From a virus (Duplodnaviria; Caudoviricetes), in IMG/VR virus record IMGVR_UViG_3300046011_007348, positions 8,024 through 72,023 of that record: a DNA stretch of 64,000 nt. One strand, 5' to 3'. Below the pieces are notes generated by a model that saw nothing but the letters and a program-made list of their open reading frames with translations, searched no databases and was not told the origin of the DNA. Below are positions 19,458-28,320 of the stretch, one piece after another (the first letter of the stretch is position 1; each line of letters starts with the position of its first letter). Both the position numbers and the translations under genes were made by a program.

Positions 19458-21206
19458 ATGTCACGGAAATTTATAAAAGAATTATCAGAACAGCAAGTCA
19501 TAGATTCAATTAATCAAGCAAAAAGAGAAAAAATGTCAGACAAACCAAAAGGATTTGCTATTGCCAACTCCGTCAAGATTCAAGACAGCGTATCAGTAGA
19601 ATCTACTACAGATGTTTCAGCTCCTGCACCTACTCCTGCTCCTGAGCATGATGCGCCCAAGCCTTTGTCTTTAGACGACGTTGAACGTGTTTTATCTGTT
19701 CATTTAGATAAAATGCAATCTTCTTTAGAAGCGGAAAAACAAGCTAAAGCAGAATTAGAAGCTGCTTTACAAAAAGAACGTGCTGAAAAGGACGCTCTTA
19801 AGTCTCAACTAGATACAGCGAGATTAGCTGAAAAAGTATTAAATGATATTGGTAGAATGCAAGGAAAAACTGAAAACGTTTCTGTTCCTAATGTTAATAG
19901 AGTAATAACATCTAAAGCAGATGCGCCACAAGGTGCTTTAAAAGATTGGTTTAACATTTTTGATGACTGCTCCAAAGTTATCAAAGTACGCGCCAATGGC
20001 TCCCAGTATGTTACTCAAGACAACAGGCAGTTGAATCAATTTGTTAAAGAAAACAAAGCAGCTGTTATTAAAGACTTAGAGTCTTGGGCAAAAGCCAATG
20101 GTATGTTGCGTGGTTCTTCTACCATTTCCAAGGATGCTGCAACAGTTGGTGGAGACATCCAAGGCGGATTTTTGTCTGTTTTGTCATCGATTATGCGTAC
20201 CAACAATCGTCAAGGATTTATCTTTTGGCAATTTGCTAATACTGTAATTGATTTTGGTAAAGGATTGGGAGACAACATTAAGATTCCTAGAGCGGCTTAT
20301 TTACCTGCTCCTAACGCTCCTGAGGACAGATTATTGTCAAGTGCTGGTGCGTATACTCGTATTGACTCTGGTAATCAAAATTTATCCACTGGAGTTGTAA
20401 CAGCTCAGTTAAGTGAATGGGGTTTAGGACGTAATTCCCAATATCCTCCTGTTACTTTAGTTAGCTTTGTAACTGCCTATTCAATGATTGAATTGTTGTC
20501 AATTTTGAATAGAAACTTAATGCGAGATTACTACGCATGGGAAGATTTGCAGATTAGAAGCTTGTGGACTGGCACAACTCGTGTTGTTTACAATGATAAA
20601 AACGCTGTTACCACTGCGATTGGTGATGTTGCTACTGCTGGAGATGATGGAACTTTATCTCGCAAATTCTTAGCGTCTCTGTATGGTTACATGAAAGAGC
20701 TACAGATTCCTCCATTTGCTGGTAACAAGTATGGCTTGGTAGTTAACAGCACAGCTTTGACTCAATTAAAAATTAGCTATGACACTTTGTGGCATGCTGC
20801 TAGTCCTAGCGAATTGCAAGCCTTGACAGAGTTCTTAAATCCTGTTCTAATCTCTCCTGGTGAGACAGATAAGCTAACTGGATATTGTGGAGATTTTGAG
20901 AACTTCATGATTTTCGAGACTAATGCTTATGGTGTTGGTGGTAGCGGCGCTCCCGGCGTTCAAACAGAAAGCAGCAAAGTCACTCACACTAGCTTTGCTT
21001 TTGGTTCTGACACAATCGGACGTGGCATCGGCACTGAAATGGAAGTTCGCTTTGATGATGACACTGATTTTGGACGTGCTACTAGAACTATCTGGCGCTC
21101 TGAAGAAGGATTTGTTCAAATGGATGTTGATGGTGCAGGAGACAGTAGTGCTGTCCCACAACAACTTAGAGTTATCAAAGTTAACACACTCAAAACCGCA
21201 GTTTAA
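19458..21206 (+). CDS. Major capsid protein with N-terminal scaffold/coiled-coil extension
   Basis: N-terminal ~200 aa P-rich then coiled coil; GLGDNIKIP, DDTDFGR capsid-like motifs; precedes adaptor genes. Confidence 0.8.
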   Translation: MSRKFIKELSEQQVIDSINQAKREKMSDKPKGFAIANSVKIQDSVSVESTTDVSAPAPTPAPEHDAPKPLSLDDVERVLSVHLDKMQSSLEAEKQAKAELEAALQKERAEKDALKSQLDTARLAEKVLNDIGRMQGKTENVSVPNVNRVITSKADAPQGALKDWFNIFDDCSKVIKVRANGSQYVTQDNRQLNQFVKENKAAVIKDLESWAKANGMLRGSSTISKDAATVGGDIQGGFLSVLSSIMRTNNRQGFIFWQFANTVIDFGKGLGDNIKIPRAAYLPAPNAPEDRLLSSAGAYTRIDSGNQNLSTGVVTAQLSEWGLGRNSQYPPVTLVSFVTAYSMIELLSILNRNLMRDYYAWEDLQIRSLWTGTTRVVYNDKNAVTTAIGDVATAGDDGTLSRKFLASLYGYMKELQIPPFAGNKYGLVVNSTALTQLKISYDTLWHAASPSELQALTEFLNPVLISPGETDKLTGYCGDFENFMIFETNAYGVGGSGAPGVQTESSKVTHTSFAFGSDTIGRGIGTEMEVRFDDDTDFGRATRTIWRSEEGFVQMDVDGAGDSSAVPQQLRVIKVNTLKTAV

Positions 21207-21220
21207 TATTGATATTTCCT

Positions 21221-21451
21221 ATGACAGAACAAGATGAAAATAAGGAAATAATCAAAGAAGCCAAAGAGGTAAAGGAGTCAAGGAAAAAAACATCTACGGC
21301 TCCTACCCCAGCTTTTCAGCATCCTGGCTTTGACTCACAGTTCAAATGTTTGTTGTGTGGGCAATTTAGAACTAATTTGGTTGGTACAATATTTTGCCCA
21401 GAGTATTTAAAAGAATGTCCTAGATTTGTGGAGGATAGACGCAATGCCTAA
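21221..21451 (+). CDS. Small Cys-rich hypothetical protein
   Basis: CLLC...CPEYLKEC; ATG 21221. Confidence 0.55.
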   Translation: MTEQDENKEIIKEAKEVKESRKKTSTAPTPAFQHPGFDSQFKCLLCGQFRTNLVGTIFCPEYLKECPRFVEDRRNA

Positions 21452-21863
21452 GTTGAATACAATACCAGCTAGAGTTCAAACTGACTCTGTTGGTGGAATC
21501 GTTAAAGTTATTTATGATTTTGCTGATGTAGGCGGGAAAATTGGGAACATTCCATTAGAGCTAGAATTACCCCCTGGCTCCATTATTCATCGTGGTTTTA
21601 TAGACGTTGTCACTACTATAACAAGTGGTGGTAGCGCTACAGTTGGATTAAGTTTCATCAATAATGCGTCATCTCCAGTGGCGCAATCTATCTATACTGC
21701 TACAGCAATTGCTTCTGTAACAGGAGTTGTAGCTTTAACTGCTAACACTACACCAGTTAAATTAGCTGGCGGTACTAAATCTGCGCTTAATTTAGTAGTA
21801 GCTACTGCTGATTTAACCGCTGGCAAAGCTAACATTTATTTGCAATACTTCGGGGTTGCTTAA
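21444..21863 (+). CDS. Putative capsid decoration protein
   Basis: GGAGG RBS; jelly-roll-like (LPPGSII...LTAGKA); follows capsid. Confidence 0.55.
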   Translation: MPKLNTIPARVQTDSVGGIVKVIYDFADVGGKIGNIPLELELPPGSIIHRGFIDVVTTITSGGSATVGLSFINNASSPVAQSIYTATAIASVTGVVALTANTTPVKLAGGTKSALNLVVATADLTAGKANIYLQYFGVA

Positions 21864-21864
21864 T

Positions 21865-22578
21865 ATGCCGTGGCTCTCTAATCAAGACTGTATTAGTTAT
21901 GCTCCCAGCATTACTTTGACTGGAGAGCCATTGACTACTGCAATAACTTTAGCTCAAAGTTTAGTGGAAGGAGTTAATGGCTCTAACCGTCCATTAGCTC
22001 TAACAGAATTTACTAAAATTTTGTCTATACCAAATACTGGAAGAGTGATTGTGCCAATACGTCCACTACTTCCTTCTCCTGCTCCTGTAATAGAATTAAG
22101 AGGGAGTGATACTCCGCCTCGCTTTGGTGTTTATTCTTTACAAGAATGGGAATTACTTACTTTAGATAAAGATTATATTATTGATTACGATAACAATGAA
22201 GTTGGCTTATTGTCTCTTAGTCGAGTGTTAAGACATGAATATTTTTATCACACTGGATTTAGGAGATATAGTCGCAGTCCAACAGTTCCTAGACTAAAAA
22301 AACAACTTAAAATTACTTATTATTCTGGTTTTAATTTTACAACTAACACAGAGGAAGTTGTAATACTAAAACGTGCTTTAGCTAGTATTGTGGCTATGAG
22401 AATTTCTCCTCAATCACAGGGAGTAAAATCTGTAGATGTTTCTGACGAGAAGTACAAAGTAGAGTATGCATCACAGTCAGATTATCTTGGAATAAGTGGC
22501 AACAAAACTAGTGGTAGCCCAATAAATGAGTTATTATCAATATTTAGAAAATATCGCCCAAGTGAGTACACGTCATGA
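21865..22578 (+). CDS. Head-tail adaptor protein
   Basis: LKITYYSGF...GVKSVDV...ELLSIFRKYR pattern of gp6/gp15-like connectors. Confidence 0.7.
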   Translation: MPWLSNQDCISYAPSITLTGEPLTTAITLAQSLVEGVNGSNRPLALTEFTKILSIPNTGRVIVPIRPLLPSPAPVIELRGSDTPPRFGVYSLQEWELLTLDKDYIIDYDNNEVGLLSLSRVLRHEYFYHTGFRRYSRSPTVPRLKKQLKITYYSGFNFTTNTEEVVILKRALASIVAMRISPQSQGVKSVDVSDEKYKVEYASQSDYLGISGNKTSGSPINELLSIFRKYRPSEYTS

Positions 22579-23015
22579 ATATTGAGCAACTTGTCAGTGG
22601 CGCGTTAGAACATTTGCCCGATAATTATTTTAGTACAGTTAATTTAGAGTTAAAATTCAACGTTGGCAGTGGTAGTTTTACAGTAGATCCAGAGACTGGG
22701 AATTATGTTCAATCATCTACTCCTACTACACTATTAGTTTCTGCAACTGAATACAAAGATCCAAAAGTGCTGCAAATGCCTGGCAGCTACAGTACTAGCT
22801 TAATCCAAGTCGAAGGACGGCTGAGTAATCCAAAATTGATGCCAACTACAATCACTGTTCAATCTGTTGGTACAGCTAAACTAACTAATAACGATGGTTC
22901 TATATTTCAAGGAACTTGGAAGTTCATAGCTATTACACAGAACAGAATAAATGCTTACACAACTAAAAGAGGTACGTTAATACGAGGTACTATAACGCTG
23001 CCAACAGCAGTCTAA
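22575..23015 (+). CDS. Putative head closure protein
   Basis: Position after adaptor; beta-rich. Confidence 0.5.
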   Translation: MNIEQLVSGALEHLPDNYFSTVNLELKFNVGSGSFTVDPETGNYVQSSTPTTLLVSATEYKDPKVLQMPGSYSTSLIQVEGRLSNPKLMPTTITVQSVGTAKLTNNDGSIFQGTWKFIAITQNRINAYTTKRGTLIRGTITLPTAV

Positions 23016-23034
23016 ATAATTTTTCAGAAAACTA

Positions 23035-23063
23035 TTGACAGGGATAAAATAGGATGCTATATT
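23035..23063 (+). promoter_or_regulatory. Sigma70-type promoter
   Basis: TTGACA-N17-TATATT. Confidence 0.65.
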
Positions 23064-23069
23064 AATTTT

Positions 23070-23210
23070 ATTCGATAAGCAATAGGCAAATTCTATGTTT
23101 GATTACGATTATCCCGAACGGGATAAAAAAGACAAACAGTAAGCTCTAACTTACTAACTTGCAATAGCTACACCACAACACAAATGGGGCCTCCGCAAGG
23201 AGGTTTTTTT
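23070..23210 (+). ncRNA. Candidate ~140-nt small RNA (or 15-aa ORF 23095-23142)
   Basis: Bounded by promoter and terminator; internal inverted repeat TTATCCCG-AA-CGGGATAA at 23109-23126. Confidence 0.4.
23189..23210 (+). terminator. Intrinsic terminator
   Basis: GCCTCC-GCAA-GGAGGT followed by T-tract. Confidence 0.85.
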
Positions 23211-23213
23211 ATT

Positions 23214-23432
23214 ATGTCAAACGTAGATCACCCACAGCATTACACAGCAAGTTCAGTTGAATGCATTGATGCAATTGCAGCAGCTTTATCTCCGGAAGAG
23301 CTAAGAGGATTCATCAAAGGCAATGTCATCAAATACTTATGGAGAAGCGAACACAAGAATGGTAATGAAGATTTACAGAAAGCTTTATGGTACTTAAATT
23401 GGTATGTCAATAAAATCAAAAATCCATCATAG
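23214..23432 (+). CDS. DUF3310-family protein
   Basis: VDHPQHY...ECIDAI...GNVIKYLWR...KNG.EDLQKALWYL. Confidence 0.9.
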   Translation: MSNVDHPQHYTASSVECIDAIAAALSPEELRGFIKGNVIKYLWRSEHKNGNEDLQKALWYLNWYVNKIKNPS

Positions 23433-24375
23433 AGTTTTTGTGTAATTTTCCATTTACCACCTTATATTGCTTTAGCCAGTTATAGGCAGTAGATTGGCAA
23501 ACACCTAAATAGAGTTTGCACCATGCGAATGATTTGCCATTAGAAAGTGCGTTTAAGACTGTTATCTTGACATTGTCATCGTAAGAAGGCCTGCCAATTT
23601 GTAATGGATTTTCAACAAACTGACTTTGGCAACTTTTGCATAAATATTGCTGCCTATTTCCTCTTTTCCCGTTCTTGACAACATTTTTGCTTAAACAGCT
23701 AGGACAAACAACAATATCGTTGACTACATTTTTAAGTAGTTCTATACCTTCAGATTCTAGTTGTTTAATTTGGTATACTGACAAATTTAATAATGACTTA
23801 ATATCTTGTATTTTATAATCTTCAATATAAATTAATCTAAGTATTTGTGCGTGCTTGCTTGGAATTTTAGCTAGTATTATCTCTAATTCATCGATAGTAG
23901 AGTTATCAAAGTAACTGATTTCAGGAAGTTCTATGTGAATTTTATCATGAGCTATCGCAGCTTCTTTGGCGGTTAATTCTGAAATAGTCAAGTCCCTAGC
24001 TGATTGTTCATAAGTAATGCCTTTCTTTTTAGCATTACGCATTATTTTCTGATAAATGTCTTGGATATTCCTAGGGATTTTAACTAATCTGTCCTTGTCC
24101 CGCAGGAACATTAGCATATATCCATTTATAAAAGGAACAGCAAAGCTGGACAACTTTTTAGACTTTTCAGGATTATATCTTTCAATAGCTTGAATTAATC
24201 CTAGACACCCAATTTGTACTAAATCCTCTAATGGAACAGAGCAAGACTTCTGGACTTTTTGAGCAACAGAGTAGACAAGTCCTAAATTCTTTTCTACAAT
24301 CTTATTTCTTATTTTTATGTCTTTACTCTCGTAGTATTTGATTAGCAGCTGTTGGTTAACATCAAAATTCATCAC
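23416..24375 (-). CDS. SigF/SigB-like sigma-70 factor fused to IS1 InsA-like Zn-ribbon + HTH
   Basis: RNKIVEKNLGLV, EDLVQIGCLGLIQAIERYNP, SSFAVPFI..FLRD..VKIPR; C-terminal CPSC..VVKNG..QQYLCKSC..F followed by HTH (LGVCQSTAYNW). Confidence 0.88.
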   Translation of the reverse strand: MMNFDVNQQLLIKYYESKDIKIRNKIVEKNLGLVYSVAQKVQKSCSVPLEDLVQIGCLGLIQAIERYNPEKSKKLSSFAVPFINGYMLMFLRDKDRLVKIPRNIQDIYQKIMRNAKKKGITYEQSARDLTISELTAKEAAIAHDKIHIELPEISYFDNSTIDELEIILAKIPSKHAQILRLIYIEDYKIQDIKSLLNLSVYQIKQLESEGIELLKNVVNDIVVCPSCLSKNVVKNGKRGNRQQYLCKSCQSQFVENPLQIGRPSYDDNVKITVLNALSNGKSFAWCKLYLGVCQSTAYNWLKQYKVVNGKLHKNSMMDF

Positions 24376-24446
24376 ATTAACACAAATGTTACATATTTAT
24401 GTTACTTTAAAAATGGCAACTTTATAGGTAAACTATTCAGGAAACT

Positions 24447-24854
24447 ATGAAAGCTATTTGGAATAAAAATATTAATATTTCTCCTAAGACTGCTACTTAT
24501 ACTTGGAGTGCAAATTACGCTCCTATTGTTCATGAAGGCGGTACGAGAAAGGATGGAAGTGATTTACCTGCTCGTCCCTGGGTTTGGAGAACCGTAGGAT
24601 TAAATGGACAGGAAAGACGTTATGATATTGTACAGGATTTCAATGATAAAATACGTACAGCAAATAGTTTCGATGAATTGTTTGAGGACATTGCAACTGA
24701 ACTTAATAGTGAATTTAGGAAGACTATAGAAGCTGAAATATTTGCATGGGATGCAACGACAAAAAGGAAAAATAGCTCTACAGTTACGTCTCCAAGAAAT
24801 ATTGTTGATTTAGGAAATTTAAGAAACTCTCAATCTATGTCTATACAGCCATGA
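24447..24854 (+). CDS. HK97 gp10-like neck/tail completion protein (motif order permuted)
   Basis: YAPIVHEG..PARPW and SPRNIVDLGNLRNS motifs. Confidence 0.65.
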   Translation: MKAIWNKNINISPKTATYTWSANYAPIVHEGGTRKDGSDLPARPWVWRTVGLNGQERRYDIVQDFNDKIRTANSFDELFEDIATELNSEFRKTIEAEIFAWDATTKRKNSSTVTSPRNIVDLGNLRNSQSMSIQP

Positions 24855-25225
24855 ATGTAGCTGAATTAAACACACAACTAAGAACGCTATTAAGCACAGA
24901 GTTAGGAGTATACAGCAACGGTACTCCTAGTATTTGGGTGTATGGTTCAACAAGCAGTCCACCATCTGTAAGTAATGGATTGGAGTGCTTAATACGTCAG
25001 AATCCGATTGGATATGCCGGCGGATCTAGTGCTGGGCAAAGATATAAACCGCAGCAGTGGGAGATAATTCTTAAGAATTGGAAGCGAGATTCTAATTTAA
25101 TAAAAGCAATATCTAAAATAGAGCAACGTTATTGTGTTATGTCTTTGACACACATACCATTTAGCAATGAATTTATAGAACAGGCAACTATTTTTATTAA
25201 AGATCCAATTTTTATTAACACTTAG
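24851..25225 (+). CDS. Putative tail terminator
   Basis: Size and position before tail tube genes. Confidence 0.5.
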   Translation: MNVAELNTQLRTLLSTELGVYSNGTPSIWVYGSTSSPPSVSNGLECLIRQNPIGYAGGSSAGQRYKPQQWEIILKNWKRDSNLIKAISKIEQRYCVMSLTHIPFSNEFIEQATIFIKDPIFINT

Positions 25226-25263
25226 TCTTGGCAACTATTACAAAAGAAGTATAGGGGATTTAT

Positions 25264-26472
25264 ATGCCTTTAGCAACTAGTTCTTTAATATTACAGAATA
25301 CAAGCTTAGATTTAATTTTATTACCTACAAGAGACGCGCTTTTTGGTGCAGTAGATAGATCTGTATCAACAGTCAAAATTAAAGCTGGGACTACAGCTAC
25401 TACAGTTGACATAGGCGCTACTAGTTTAAGCTTGCAATCTGACAGCCCAATTTTTGTAAAGCAGGGAACGTCATTATCTTTCTCTGGAGACTCAACTAAC
25501 AAATTTAGAAGACAAGTAATTATCAATGAAGATGTTTTACTGAATAATACTCCAAAAGCTGTTAGGGTATATCCTTTATTGCGCCCAATAGTTTCTACTG
25601 CTGCTTTAATAGATGCTGAAACAGTTGGTGTGGCTAACTTACGGTTTGCTAAAAATTATAAAAATAGCAGCACTATTTCAGTTACGAGTTCTTCTACATT
25701 ATTAACGGCGAGTACAGGCAATTTTGCAGCAGTAGAAGTTGGAGATACAGTATCTCAAGGTGCCTTTGTTGCCACTGTAGTGTCTAAGAGAAGTAATACT
25801 GTATTAACAATTAGCACAGCTCCAGCCACTGCTTTTTCAAATACATCAGTAGTATTCGCTTCTAACTCGGCAGCTCCTCTTCTTTCTAGTATTAGTTCTA
25901 TAACAAACACTTCAGGTAGTGCAAGTTTAAGCGGTTCAAACGATCTTTTTGCTTTGGTAGAGGTTGGAGATTTAGTAAGTGGGACAGGTGTGGCTGATGA
26001 TACTTATGTATTATCAAAGCAAAGTAATAACTCTATAACTCTTAATAAAGCATCTACTAGTGGAATTACTAGTGCAACTTTTATTTCTCGTATTGCTTCA
26101 ACACCATTAACTGGTATCCAAACACTTGATTTGAATAATCAAGAAACTCAAGTTGATACTACTCACTTTGGCTCTGGCGCTGGCACTGAAGCTGCAATTG
26201 TTAGATTTAATAGAAGCTACTCTGCATCTGGCATTGCGTTAATTGGTGATGAAGCATTAGAAAGAATTGTAAAAAGAGTAGCTGGATTTGACAATGCTTT
26301 CTTGGGCAGAGAAGTATATGCTATTGCAACTACGTCCGATGGAGAAGCTATCGAAGGTGCTGCAAAAATCATGGCATTAAACTTGCCTGCCAACCAAAAC
26401 GAAGTTAAGAAATACTCTTTCACTCTTATGTATCAAGGCAATGCTGCTTGGGTACAACCTTACTCTTATTAG
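25264..26472 (+). CDS. Major tail tube protein, paralog 1, with inserted beta domains
   Basis: C-terminal tube-like domain (GIQTLDL..VDTTHF..KYSFTLMYQG). Confidence 0.7.
   Translation: MPLATSSLILQNTSLDLILLPTRDALFGAVDRSVSTVKIKAGTTATTVDIGATSLSLQSDSPIFVKQGTSLSFSGDSTNKFRRQVIINEDVLLNNTPKAVRVYPLLRPIVSTAALIDAETVGVANLRFAKNYKNSSTISVTSSSTLLTASTGNFAAVEVGDTVSQGAFVATVVSKRSNTVLTISTAPATAFSNTSVVFASNSAAPLLSSISSITNTSGSASLSGSNDLFALVEVGDLVSGTGVADDTYVLSKQSNNSITLNKASTSGITSATFISRIASTPLTGIQTLDLNNQETQVDTTHFGSGAGTEAAIVRFNRSYSASGIALIGDEALERIVKRVAGFDNAFLGREVYAIATTSDGEAIEGAAKIMALNLPANQNEVKKYSFTLMYQGNAAWVQPYSY
26112..26216 (+). repeat. 105-bp near-identical repeat, copy 1 (copy 2 at 26906-27010)
   Basis: Three mismatches, all synonymous. 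Confidence 0.85.
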
Positions 26473-26483
26473 GAGAATAAATC

Positions 26484-27272
26484 ATGCCTTTAGCTACCGC
26501 GTCTCAGATTTTACAGTCTTTTTCTCTTGAAATGATGCTTTTGCCATTAGATGCTTTTGGTGCTGCCGATAGATCTTCTACTGGGTATTCAACTGCAACT
26601 ATTAGCACAACTGGTGCTGCTGTAGGTGCTACGTCTTTAAGCATAACTACTAGTTCCGCTGTTACTGGTACTTCAACAAACTTTGCTATTAATGCTGGGA
26701 CAGCTTTATCTTTTGCTGCTAGCGGCGCAAAATCTAGGCAACAAGTCGTAGTAACCCAAGATCTTCAAAGTATTTTAACTACATCTACGACAATTTCTAT
26801 TTCCCCATTACTTCGCCCAATAGCAGCATCATCAACTGCTACTTTGATTTATCAATCATCAACTAATATTACTGATAAGGGCGCTACAAAGCTATTGCCA
26901 TTAAGTGGTATTCAAACACTTGATTTGAATAATCAAGAAACTCAAGTTGATACTACTCATTTTGGCTCTGGCGCTGGCACTGAAGCTGCAATTGTTAGAT
27001 TCAATAGAAGTTATTCTGTATCTGGAATTGCATTAATTGGTGATGAATGCTTAGAAACTGTTGTTAAAAGAGCAGCTGGTTTTGATAACGCTAGACTTGG
27101 CAGAGAAGTGTATGCAATTACAACAATGCCTGATGGCGAAAGAATTGCTGGTGTTGCAAAAATCATGGCACTAAACTTGCCTGCTAACCAAAACGAAGTT
27201 AAGAAATACTCTTTTACATTAATGTATCAAGGTTCTATTTACGAATGGACTGCTCCTTACTCTAATTTTTAG
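26484..27272 (+). CDS. Major tail tube protein, paralog 2
   Basis: C-terminal domain nearly identical to paralog 1; AGGAG RBS. Confidence 0.7.
   Translation: MPLATASQILQSFSLEMMLLPLDAFGAADRSSTGYSTATISTTGAAVGATSLSITTSSAVTGTSTNFAINAGTALSFAASGAKSRQQVVVTQDLQSILTTSTTISISPLLRPIAASSTATLIYQSSTNITDKGATKLLPLSGIQTLDLNNQETQVDTTHFGSGAGTEAAIVRFNRSYSVSGIALIGDECLETVVKRAAGFDNARLGREVYAITTMPDGERIAGVAKIMALNLPANQNEVKKYSFTLMYQGSIYEWTAPYSNF
26906..27010 (+). repeat. 105-bp near-identical repeat, copy 2
   Basis: Matches 26112-26216. Confidence 0.85.
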
Positions 27273-27300
27273 TATGGCTTACTAAAAGCTAGGGGGATAA

Positions 27301-28029
27301 ATGGCTTCTACTTCGCAACCACTAAGAAGTTGCTGCTTAGAAATATTGCTGCTTGACGTTAATTCTGATGGCAGCACTATTACTGATTTATTTAAGACAG
27401 AAATAGAAGTAGTAGAGACGGCAAACATCTCTGCTACTTCTGTTAAACTGCGCAGTTATACTGATGTATTCTTACCTGCTGGCACTTCTCTATCTTTTGT
27501 TAATCCAGACGCTGACGGCATAAATACATACAGAAAGCAAATTATATTAACAGAAGACACAACGATAGAAGAATTTACTACAACTGTTAAAATCTATCCT
27601 TTACCTTATTTTTTGCGGCAAGGTGATATAGCAGAAGCCATAGAAGGAATTTTGCCATTATTTGGATTGCAAACAATTGATTTATCTTCTCAGGAAACTC
27701 AAGTAGAAACAACAAATTTTCGCTCTGGAAAAGGCGTAAATAATGCTTTTGTAAGATTAGCTAAAACATGTAATGTTACTGGCATAGCATTGGCAGGAGA
27801 CAGAGCATTAGAAACTATAGTAAAACCAGTTGGTATTTTCTCTAGTGAACTATTTGGCAGGGACGTATATGTAGCTGTTACAATGCCAAATGGCGAGCGA
27901 TTTGAAGGTATAGCTAAAATAGGATCTATGGCATTACCAGCTAATCAAAATGATGTTCAAAAATTTAGCTTTACTTTACTATTCCAAGGTGAAGATTTTG
28001 TTTGGCATCCTCCCTTCATTTTTAGTTAA
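27301..28029 (+). CDS. Tail tube-like protein, paralog 3
   Basis: GLQTIDLSSQETQVETTNF...LPANQNDVQKFSFTLLFQG homologous to paralogs 1 and 2. Confidence 0.7.
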   Translation: MASTSQPLRSCCLEILLLDVNSDGSTITDLFKTEIEVVETANISATSVKLRSYTDVFLPAGTSLSFVNPDADGINTYRKQIILTEDTTIEEFTTTVKIYPLPYFLRQGDIAEAIEGILPLFGLQTIDLSSQETQVETTNFRSGKGVNNAFVRLAKTCNVTGIALAGDRALETIVKPVGIFSSELFGRDVYVAVTMPNGERFEGIAKIGSMALPANQNDVQKFSFTLLFQGEDFVWHPPFIFS

Positions 28030-28072
28030 TCCATGATATTATTATTGTGCAACTAATTTGGTACAACAATAA

Positions 28073-28315
28073 TTGAAAATACTAACTGATAACACACGAG
28101 TGCTAGCAATTCTGGTAAACTGTAGACAAAACGGCAATAAATTATTGTGTGGAGCAGCAGTTTTTAAGGGCGGATTATCAGGAAACATAAAAGTATACGA
28201 TATATCAGATCCTTCTGTGTCGTTTACTATCAAAGTCCCGGAGTCAGTTGCTTTAGTTGCTACAACAGAAACATTTGCTGATTACTACGATTCGTTTGAA
28301 CTATTATTGGTGTAA
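28073..28315 (+). CDS. Hypothetical protein (tail module)
   Basis: Fills gap co-directionally. Confidence 0.5.
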   Translation: MKILTDNTRVLAILVNCRQNGNKLLCGAAVFKGGLSGNIKVYDISDPSVSFTIKVPESVALVATTETFADYYDSFELLLV

Positions 28316-28320
28316 TAAAC

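Noticed and set aside
23184-23213. Longer N-terminus for the DUF3310 protein
   Set aside because: This stretch is the terminator hairpin; family similarity starts at ATG 23214
23416-23720. IS1 insertion sequence
   Set aside because: Only the InsA-like part is present, fused in frame to sigma; no DDE frame or terminal inverted repeats seen
24414-24430. Sigma-54 promoter reading of TGGCAAC
   Set aside because: No TTGC -12 element at the required spacing
26112-27212. DGR template/variable repeat pair
   Set aside because: Mismatches in the 105-bp block are synonymous C/T changes, not adenine-specific; no reverse transcriptase in the window
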